Source: Hyaloraphidium curvatum SAG 235-1
Taxonomy: Eukaryota; Fungi; Monoblepharomycota
Assembly: GCA_025558095.1 (NCBI GenBank)
Contig: JAIVFI010000017.1
Location: 372,001-436,000 of the forward strand
Length of the DNA stretch: 64,000 nt
Reading direction: 5' to 3'
Shown here piece after piece: positions 11,610-21,178 of the stretch. Positions within the stretch are counted from its first letter, which is position 1, and each line of letters starts with the position of its first letter. The position numbers and the translations under genes were made by a program. A model generated the notes under the pieces. That model was not told where the DNA came from, made no database searches, and worked only from the letters and a program-made list of their open reading frames with translations.

Positions 11610-11975
11610 AAGTGGTGTCAGATTCCAAAAATACCCACTGCCCATTGTGATGGCGCGGGTGGGGGCCGCGGGCGGTGGGGGGTGGAGCGCGCGCCCAAAA
11701 CCCCGACGCGCGGAACCGCCGTCATCGCTGCTCCATCCTGCGAACGAAACACAGACTGTAGACGAAAGTAGTCGCAAGGCAGCGCCCGAAAGACCTACCT
11801 CTTTCCGTCTGGCAGGGGCCGGGGTAGGCTCGCGGGCCTCCGCCGGCCGCGGGGCGCCCGCCCGGCCCCGCCGCTCGCCGGGTCCACCGCGCGTGGGACC
11901 CGCCGAGTCGCTCTGCATTGCCTTATTGCGTCTGCAGAGACGCTCCTCGCTCCTTGCGGTGTTGTGTGCGCGTAT
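11610..11975 (-). other. Candidate structured non-coding RNA (several helices, possible pseudoknot, Sm-site-like AUUUUUG)
   Basis: Inverted repeats 11815-11823/11861-11869, 11879-11885/11896-11902, 11911-11917/11933-11939, 11726-11731/11779-11784; ATTTTTG on the minus strand at 11626-11632. Confidence 0.3.
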
Positions 11976-12101
11976 GCGGACGGGGACCGCGAGCGAGCGC
12001 GATCTTTGCGTCACCACCCATCACCCCCATAGATCAGATCGCAGGACTCGAAGCAACGCTCCGCCAATGAATGAGGCGCGCATCTCTCATTTTGACCGTG
12101 T

Positions 12102-13579
12102 CTAGCCGTTTACATGGCGTTTGCAGCGGTAGGCATACACCTGAAGACCATTCTGGGGATTGCCGACGGGTCTCGGTCCGATCAACGCGACCTCGCGTTC
12201 CGTGCGCTCGCAAATGCTGCAAGCCTTGTCGACAATCACCCCGTGCCCCTCGAGGTGCTCTGCAAGTCGGCTGACGTGCACCTTCCGAGAGCACCGACCG
12301 TCCTGGTTCGTGCACGCCGCCACTGCCGTCCCGACGGCCGCAGAGATCGTTTTCAGCAGCTGCGACTGCAATCAGGTGCCGTCAAGCACGTTTCTACGAT
12401 GGTGTCCACGACCTTCTCGGCCACCACGCCGTTCAGACGAAGCGGCAGAGGCGTCAAGGGGGTCCATGTCTCAATTTCATTGGATTCCTTCGCCCGGCCG
12501 CCCTCACTGATGCCCACCGTGACATGGGCAACGCGACTTCGTGTCCGGATAGTGCGCTGAGCATCAATCCGCCGAACGCTGACGGCAATCACCCTCCCGC
12601 TGAGTTCGCCGAAAGCATACGCCTCAAGAGCAACCTCCGCGCCCTCTCCGCCGTTTGTCCGCAGGTACTCCGGGTCCCTGCCCATCGACAACGTGACGTG
12701 ATCGGCCGTCAACTTGGCAACCCAACTCCGCTGCAACGCAGGGTGCTCGGTCAGAGCCTTGGTGCTCCGCGCGTCGAGCAAGATTCCGGTGTAGAGCACA
12801 GTCTGTTGAATTCTCAATGGGCTAGTCGGCGGACGAAAGGAATGGTGCGCGCGCTCCGGCGTGGTCCCGGCGGCGAGGCTGGCGTTGAAGCGAGCAACCA
12901 TCCCCGCAACCAGCTGCTTCTCCATGTGTGCAGGCAGCATCTTCCTCTGACTCGCATCCTGCCGCACCAGGGAAACGCGAAAGGTGTCGATCGCGTGCGA
13001 TTTTCGGAGGTGACGGAGCTCCTCGTAAAAATGCTTGAGCTGATTGCTTCGATCGTCCCACACGCGGACGTCCCGGATACCCTTTAGTGCCTTGAGTGTG
13101 CACAGTGTCCGCAAGACGTCCCTTTTGAAGTCCATGGTAGTTTGGTAGGCGGCGGCGTTCTCCCGCAGGAAAAAGAGCGGGAAGTCCAGTTCAATTCCGG
13201 CACAGATCGCAACGATGCGGGCCATGAAACCGATCTTCCTTCCAGTCAGCAGGATCGCGAGGCAGTTCGGATCCGCTAGCGCTTCCCTCGCGTCCCTCAC
13301 GACACCGGCGTCGAACCAGTCTACTCCGGGTGCTTCCGGCACATTCGGCGGCGACAAAGTGCCCGGATCCGAAAACCACGTTCCGCTCGAGACGAGCCAC
13401 GTTGTGGTAGGGCTGTCCCACAGCACAGGGTTGGGCTCGGGAGAGCGAAAGAGGGTGGAATCAAAGTCGAACACACACAGCGAGGTGTACGGCAACACCC
13501 TGGCTCCATCGCCGAGTCGACGGAGCTCCGACTGAACGAACGCCCTAATGCGTCCAGGGAACTCGACCTCTTCCGCCAT
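12102..13579 (-). CDS. 'Swiss Army knife' RNA-repair-like protein: HAD phosphatase + 2H phosphoesterase + probable Cys/His-rich tail
   Basis: CVFDFDSTLFRSPEPNP (HAD motif I), LLTGRK, VWDDR; two HxT motifs (DHVTL, AHVTV). A probable ~47-nt intron near 12366-12412 joins a Cys/His-rich exon ending at 12102; the unspliced ORF stops at 12353. Confidence 0.85.
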
Positions 13580-14190
13580 CAAGCAGTCTCGGAAGGTGCC
13601 GTTTCCGTTTTCAGCCGCTTCAGTGCAAGAGAATTGATGCAATAGTGTCCTCCTTGGTCCTTCGGTCCGATAATGTGACCGAGGTGGGAGCTACAAATGG
13701 AGCACCGCACCTCGACCCTCCGGCCGAAGCGAGATTGCTCCGGCAATTCCAAGACGGCGTCCTCTAACGGGCCAGAGAACGATGGCCAGCCCGAATACGA
13801 ATGGAACTTGGAGCTTTCCGCAAATACCGGGGCCGAGCAGGCCGCACAGACGTAGGTGCCCTCGGTTGTAGCTTCCTTCCGCCAGTAGCGCCCCGAAAAG
13901 GCCGGCTCCGTGCCGCCCTGACGGAGAACGTTGAACCGATCCTCAGACAACCGTGCCCGCCATTCTCCTTCTGACAGCCCGGCGAAGAACTGCCTTCGTT
14001 CGCTGCGCTGTGGATCCTCGTGGGAATACTCGATCGGCGTGCCTCCGCAAGATGCTTCAACAGCGTTCCGCGATAGAAGTGCAGCGCCGCCAGCAGCCGC
14101 AACGATTATCGATGCTAGTCCAACGGCCAGTCTCGAAGCCAGGGTGAAAAGCTGGATGGACGACGTTGTTGACGTGCGAACACGCCGCAT
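13579..14190 (-). CDS. msrB: Methionine-R-sulfoxide reductase MsrB with an N-terminal hydrophobic leader
   Basis: EWRARLS...VLRQGGTEPAFSG, CAAC, SGWPSF, RVEVRCSICSSHLGH, YCINS. Confidence 0.9.
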   Translation of the reverse strand: MRRVRTSTTSSIQLFTLASRLAVGLASIIVAAAGGAALLSRNAVEASCGGTPIEYSHEDPQRSERRQFFAGLSEGEWRARLSEDRFNVLRQGGTEPAFSGRYWRKEATTEGTYVCAACSAPVFAESSKFHSYSGWPSFSGPLEDAVLELPEQSRFGRRVEVRCSICSSHLGHIIGPKDQGGHYCINSLALKRLKTETAPSETA

Positions 14191-14215
14191 CACCGGTCCC
14201 GAACAGTCGCCCACG

Positions 14216-15619
14216 ATGGACCAGAAGCTGCAGCAGATCGCGTCGAATCCGTCGCAGAAGGTGCGATGCGGCGACTGTGGTCGGATATACGCGCCTGACG
14301 CGTCGGCAATCGCCACGGACCACAGGACAAGGCGGCGCAGTACCGGGAGGCTCTGGACGGAATCTTCGCTTCCGGGCGCCCGGCCTCCGATGTGCTCCGC
14401 GATGGAAAGGCGTTCCTGTCCCACATCATTCAGGAGTCCGTCGGTCTCGTGATTTCGCGGCAGATGTACTCGGATTTCGTGGAGAAGACGGACGCGTGGT
14501 TCCGCTCGAACCAAGGAGCTGTCGACACGGACGAAATGAAAGGCCTCTGGCGCTATGCGATCGATCAGACTCAGAGCCGATTGGTTGCCTTTGAGGAGCA
14601 GGCGCGTCTGGGCGGCGGGTTGGTTCTTTCCAGGCTGATCTTCTTGCCGCAGGTCTCCACTGTGCGTGAGAAGCTGGCGCAGGTCCTGGAGGACGAGGAG
14701 GAATGGAGCGAAGCTGCCAAGACGCTCATGAACATCACTTTCGAATCCGGCCACCGCACCATTCCCGACGCTTACAAGGCACGCACGTACATCCACATCG
14801 TGCAGCTCTTGCTCGAGGACGAGGACGCGACCACTGCGGAAACCTACCTCAACCGCGCGTCGCTCATTCTGCCCAATGTCTCGGACAAGCAGCTTCTGCT
14901 GCAGTTCAAAGCGTCGCAGGCGAGGATCTCGGACTTCAAGCGCCAGGTGGATGTCGTCTCATCACGTCGCAACGCGTTCGCTGGCTCACTTTCTGGAATA
15001 GTTCTTGTCCGCCGCATCAAAATACCACGAGCTTTCGTACAACGGCGACATCGCGGACGAGGAAAAGATCTCTTGCCTGCGGCAAGCGGTCATCTGCGCG
15101 GTGCTCGCTGGCGCGGGACCGCAAAGAAGCAGGATGCTCGCCACCCTCTACAAGGACGAACGCGTGCGAGAACGGCCGGAGCTCCGCGAGGGCGGTGTCT
15201 ACCAGATCCTGGAGAAGATGTATCTGGACCGCGTGCTGAGGAAGCAGGAGGTGGAGGAGTTCTCGAGCAACCTCAAGGCGCACCAGCTCGCACGTCTGGC
15301 AGACGGCGGGACCGTCTTGGACCGCGCGGTGATGGAGCACAACATCCTCGCTGCCTCGAAGCTGTACAACAACATCCTGTTCGACGAACTCGGCGCGCTC
15401 CTCTCTATCCCTGCGGACCAAGCCGAGCAAGTCGCGAGCAAGATGATGACCGAGGGCAGATTGGACGGGAGCATCGACCAGATTGCCCGGCTCATCTTCT
15501 TCCAGGACAAGCACCTGCTTCCGACGTGGGACCAGCACATTGCCGGAGTGTGCTACCAGGTTGATGAGATCGTCGAACACCTGGGCAAGACCAACCCGAT
15601 GGTGGGTGAACTGCTGTAA
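14216..15619 (+). CDS. CSN4: COP9 signalosome subunit 4
   Basis: [64 protein letters not shown] (PCI domain); 3 introns, one GC-AG. Confidence 0.95.
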
Positions 15620-15739
15620 TCGCACCGCTGTCGACCTCATAGTTGCGAATTCTTCAGTGGCTGCAAACCACGGTGGTGTGAATCGATACCTGAGACACAG
15701 ATACTTTCGTTGGCCAATGGGCTATGTACAGGGAATCTA

Positions 15740-17560
15740 CTACGTCGTGACGCGCTCGCGCTTCGCAGCCGGTATCGGGGCTTCGTCGCGGTCCGATCGC
15801 TTCCCGAGCACCGACGAAGCAGACACTGCAGGTGATCCGGAGCGCTTGACTGCCGCCGGATCCGGTGACAGTGATCGCGCGCGACGGCTGCCCATTTCCT
15901 GATGACACGAGTAATGCCGCAACTGGAAAGGCGCGTTGGGGGATGGCTCAGAACCCGTGCCAAGGATGATGCCCACCTTTCCCTCGAACATCATGGCATC
16001 CCGCAGCATCCATTCCTCCTTCTCCTCGTCCCAGTAGCGCACGAACTTTTCATGGCAGACTGGACACACCAGGGACGACGTATCACCCTCCGGAGCCTTC
16101 ACGCTGGGCACGGACGCCTCGATCTTCGCCGCGAGCTTCTTGGCCTCGGCATCTGGCTTCAGCACGTCCATCCCAAAGAACGGCGACTGGTCGTCCGACG
16201 TTTTCGCCTCGCGATTCTCCAGCCAGTCTTCCTTGGTCACAAACCAATCGCGGCTCACGAGCTTCTTCCCCTTCTCCATGACACGCTTGTTCTGGCGGAA
16301 ATGATAGTCCATATGCAAGCCCATCCTTTCCTTCCCCTCTTCGCCAGCAGGGAACCGGAAACCGCACTGACGACACTGCTGCGGATACGCTTCGTAGATG
16401 ACGGCATGCGCACCCGGACGTTTGCGGTTGATGTCCTCCGTCGTGAGCATCACGCGGCCCACGCGTGCGACAGTTGCCCGCCCAAGCTCGTGCGACGTGA
16501 CTTCCACGGAAGGAACACCGACAGGCCCTTGCATCCTGTTGATGACGTTGCTCGCATCCTCAAGGAAGGACGATGCAAGGCGCGGGGATAGCCTCGGAGG
16601 TTCGGCAACAACAGGAAGCGGCAGGGCAGGAGCCGGAGGAAACGTCTGCACGTACATATGCTGGACATGATTCAGCACTTGCTGTAGCGTCGATGGATCC
16701 GATGTGGCCGCCAAGGCACCCGACTCGACCATTTGCTTAAGCTAAGCGGGCAGGTCAAACCAAGGGCAAACGGGCCGTTCAGACACCACACCTGCTGGAG
16801 ACCGCTCAGTTGCTGGTTGTTGACGGCATCGGCGGGAAAGATTGCCTGCGTCTGCAGTTTTGCAACCAGCAGGGCATCAATCTGGTGGGCCAGCTGGGCG
16901 AGAAGTGATGCAGAGCCAGGAGCGGCAAGAGGCAGTGCAGGGCCGGCCACCATTGGACTAGCGTAGGAGGGCTGCAGATGCACCCGCCAGATCAGCACGG
17001 GCCGGCAAAGATCAAACTGACTATTCTCACGGCAAACGGGGATACTGCAGCAACCGGAGGCGCCCACGATGCCTTCCATTGCCGCACAATGGACTCGAGC
17101 GCAACGAGGATATGGTTTGGAAAGACGCTCTGCACCCTCCAGGTCTCCATGAGCCGTTCCAACCGCTGCTTCACCTCGTCGTCGACCATCTGGAAGGCGT
17201 TGCCGAAGACCTTGACGATGTTCCGCGTGAACGACGCAACGTAGGCCTGGCGAACATTGTCTGGCCGGGCAAATTTGCAGATGGAGTCCATCAAGTACAG
17301 CGCAGGGAGCTTTTCGTCCGATGGAGCCTGACCGCCGCGGCAACCGATTTGAGATCGTCCTCGGACCCCAAGCTACGACCGCTTACCGTTTTGATTCGCT
17401 CTTCGATTGTAGCCACGATCACCTGTGCCGCAGCCACGGTCTCCTGCGCAACGACGGTGAGGCTGTCGATTAAAGGTTTGCTGTTGAATGTGAGTTCCAG
17501 GAGACCGTTCATGTACTCGGCGGCGACGGACTCGAGGTCCAGCTTCGAAGCCGCTTGCAT
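15740..17560 (-). CDS. PCF11: mRNA cleavage/termination factor Pcf11
   Basis: CID domain LTFNSKPLIDSLT...KLPALYLMDSICK; Zn fingers QCRQCGFRF...HMDYHFRQN, SRDWF, CPVCHEKF...WM; ~4 introns. Confidence 0.93.
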
Positions 17561-18007
17561 GGCGCCGAGTGCAGATCAAGTCCAGGGAGCGAGGGGAAAG
17601 CCGGTGGGGAAGGCGAATCCGAGGATGGAGCAGATCCGGCGGCGCCCGAGAGCCGCGCCCGAATGCGCCCCCGACAAAGAAACCAGAAAGGCGAGGCAGT
17701 CCAGTCGACAACGGGGCGAACAACGTAGCCGCGGGAGCCTCGCCGCGGATGGGACCTCAAAACGGCGCGGATACGCCCGCAGGGCGCGGTGCCCCCGACC
17801 ACTTTATTTCCGGCACATCCGTCGACAATCACCCTCCGTCTTTCGCATGCGCACCCGGCCGCCGGTCCGAGGCGGCGCGGGACTTCGCCCGAGGCGGTTT
17901 TCGGTTCTCGGGGTTTTGGGTACTTGCCGGAAGTCAACCCGAAAATTAATAGCGCGCTCACCGATCGCCGACACGTTGACCATTCTTCGCGCTTCTTGGG
18001 CCGCAGG

Positions 18008-19686
18008 ATGAGGCCATTCCGCCTCCTGCCGCTGGCAGCCGCCGCGGTTTGCCTTGCATTGTTACCGGCATCGGTTGCCGCGGATTCCGCGGCCGCCGCG
18101 GCGCTCGTCGAGCGGGCAAAAGAGCTGGCGCACGAGGGCAAGTTCAATGAGGCCCTGGCAGCATACTCGGAGGGTCATGCAAAAGACCCGCAGAATGCCA
18201 TGATCCTGTTCCGGCGTGCGGCGTTGAATCTGCAGCTGGGCCGCTCGCAGGCTGCGCACGAGGACTTTTCCGCGGCCCTTGCCGTGAAGCCAGATTTCGA
18301 TCAGGCCCTGCTGCAGCGCGGGAAGCTGCTGCTCCGGGAGGGCAAATATGACGACGCGGACAAGGATATCAGGAGGTACCACGGCCTCCACAGTGCCGAC
18401 GACAGCGCGAAAGCCCTCCTGGACGAGGTTGCGATCGGCAGGGCGGCGGTTGCGGAGGCGAGGACACTCCTCAAGTCGGCGAAGAGCGCCGAAGAAATGG
18501 ACCGGGCGATCGAGCTACTTTCCCAGGCGATCCTCATCTCGCCCCAATCGCCCGAGCTGAGGATGCTCCGCGCCGACACATACCTTCGAAAAGGGGACAA
18601 GGAGATGGCGGTCGGGGACCTCGTGCGGGCCACAAAGCTGAAACCGGACAGCTTGCAGGCCCTGCAACAACTTGCAAACATCCACCTGTCGCTGGGGGAA
18701 CCCGGGGAAAGCTTGACGCACGTGAAGGAGTGCCTCAGGGTCGATCCCGAGGAAAAGACCTGCAAGGCGCTCTTCCGGCGGCTGAAGAAGCTGGAGAAGC
18801 AGCTCAAACAGGCGGAGGATGCTGCCGGCGCCGGGCAGTACGTCAAGTGCATGCAGATTCTGGAAAGTCCGGACGGCGGGGGCCTGATCCAGGACGTCGC
18901 GGGGCTCGACTCGCCGAGGCTCATGATCCAAGTTTACGGACTCGCTTGCAAAGCCCAGACCGGCATCAAGAAAGACCACACGGCGCTCAAGTTCTGCAAC
19001 AGGCTGCTGGAGCTCGATGGCGACAACGTGGAGGGCCTCGCCAACCGCGGCGAGATCTGGATGGAGGAGGAAGACTACGAGGCTGCGATGCGTGACTTCC
19101 AGAACGCGCACAAGCTGGACAACTCGAATCGGAGGGTGGGCACAACGTGGAGCCGGTCGGCATTTGACGACATCGACTAACCGTCCCCGTCGCGGACGCT
19201 CTGAACACAGGTCGTCGAGGGCTTCAACAAGGCCCAGCGGCTGCACAAGAACGCGTCGCGGAAGGACTACTACAAGATGCTCGGGGTGACAAAGAGCGCC
19301 AACAAGCGCGAGATCAAGAAGGCGTTCCGCAAGCTCGGTGGGCCGACCCCCGCCCCTTTCCCGGACTCTGCTAACGGTCGTCCGCATTTGCAGCCCAAGT
19401 ATACCATCCCGACAAGTACTCGGGCGAGATGTCCAAGGAGCAGGTCCAGAAAAAGATGGCGGACCTCAACGAGGCGTACGAGGTGCTCACGGACGACGAG
19501 ACGCGACAAAAGTACGACAACGGCGAGGACATTTTCGGCAACCAGGGCGGGCCGCCGGGCGGCAACCCGTTCGGCGGGAACCCGTTCTTCTTTGGCGGCT
19601 CGCCGTTCGGCGGGGGAGGGCCCTTCGGCGGTGGCGGCGGGCCGTTCGGGGGCCAGAACATGAAATTCGAATTCAGGTTCGGCTAG
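18008..19686 (+). CDS. DNAJC3: ER TPR + J-domain co-chaperone (DNAJC3/P58IPK, Jem1-like)
   Basis: Signal peptide, TPR repeats, KDYYKMLGV...IKKAFRKLAQVYHPDK after splicing, GGNPF tail. Confidence 0.9.
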
Positions 19687-20207
19687 AGCCGCGGGGAACA
19701 ATAGAATCTTCTCTGTCTTCCGTGTATGCTTGGGGGTGGGGAAGCAGGAATCCGCATCACCGGATCCCCGCGAAAGTCGCCTTTCCCTTTACCCAAATCA
19801 TGGCAGCTACACCCGAAGACGGCTCGCTTTGTGAGCAACATACGTACCGATGTATTCCAGCTAATCTTGTCATTGAATGTGCTCGCGTTGACAGAATCCG
19901 GAATACCGCATCAGCATGGCTGACCTGCTTCACCACTGGACTTCACCACAATCTCCGGAACACAAAAAGAACTGCTTCGCCGCCTGCCATCGGCTCTTCA
20001 AACCGGCCTAGCACTTCCTTCGAGACTCCGCTTCGCTTTGGTCGCACCGAGAACGCGCCCGCTTGCGAACCGAGGCCGACCCAACGCCCGCGCCCGAACG
20101 ACTCCTGAACCCCTCCAACCGACCCGGCAACGTCGGAAGCCTAGCTGAGGCGGCTTCCTCCGAACATTTTGCTTTGGACACAGTACCAAACGAGCGCCCA
20201 CATCTCA

Positions 20208-21053
20208 ATGGAAACAGACTGGTGAGTTCTGGGCACGGCGTCGATTGTTCGATGGCCTTCTCTAACCCCTGGTCCGTCAAGGTGTTTGAACTGCGGGGGC
20301 CATGCAACAGGGCCATACTGCTCGGCATCATGCCATGCAGAAGACGTCGCCCGGGCGACGTACAAGACGCCTTCAGTGCCCGAGCTGGAGGCCGCGTGGG
20401 ACGGGTCAGCCTCGGTGTCAAGCGCCACGAGCACACTGTCACGCAGCCCCAAGGCCGCGCCTTCGAGCTTCCTGGATGGGGCTACCCCGACGGACTGGTT
20501 CGCATCCCGGTACGTGCCGCGAGGTGGTTGATCTGCCAGGCCGATAGCTGACGGCTCCTCCCGCAGCTCCCCTCGCCAGCGGACCATGGCCGGCAGCCTG
20601 GCGCCACCGGAAGAGCCGCAACCGGTATTCGTGCTCGACGATGCAGAGCCGTGCTCCTATCTTCGTACGCAAGGCGGGAATGCCTGGTATTTTGATCATG
20701 GGTCACCAGATCACGGGTCGGAAGTGGTAGATCACTTCCCGCTGCCGGATTTTCCCTTGGCTACTTCGAACGCCACTTCCGGACAGTCGGCCGCCGCGGC
20801 CAGGGTGGCGAATAATCCGGCGATCGACGCCGGGGTCGCCATTGCCGCGATCGAGGACATCCTTGCGACCATCCAGCGCCCCGGGTGGTCGTTTAGACTC
20901 TCGCGCTCCTCGGACCAGTTCCGTGGGGTCGTCGACCGTTTCGTGGTCATGATGGGCAGGCGGAGAGGGAAGAAGCCGGAAATGCAGCCTCAAGAATGTT
21001 GGCGGGAGAGTAGCTGGAAAGCCTGCGGGCAGCTCGGCGCCGAGATCCAATGA
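20208..21053 (+). CDS. Ecl1-like zinc-binding protein (extender of chronological lifespan family)
   Basis: Spliced METDWCLNCGGHATGPYCSASCHAED; introns 20222-20281 and 20510-20566. Confidence 0.75.
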
Positions 21054-21178
21054 ATAGCCGAAAAATCGTTGGAAATGAAGACGGCGAATCCATTCGGAGG
21101 TCGTGAGAATGAATCAGATTCACGCAAATGCTCTACAATGAGTCCCAGAGGCAAGAAGCAAGCCATCCTTGTCTGCGA

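Noticed and set aside
11744-11758. ACGAAACACAGACTG resembling RNase P RNA CR-V on the + strand
   Set aside because: No matching CR-I (GGAAnnUCUG) upstream to form helix P4.
13579-13581. MsrB TGA as a selenocysteine codon
   Set aside because: The catalytic residue is already Cys, the TGA is past the domain, in-frame read-through gives no meaningful sequence, and no SECIS was seen.
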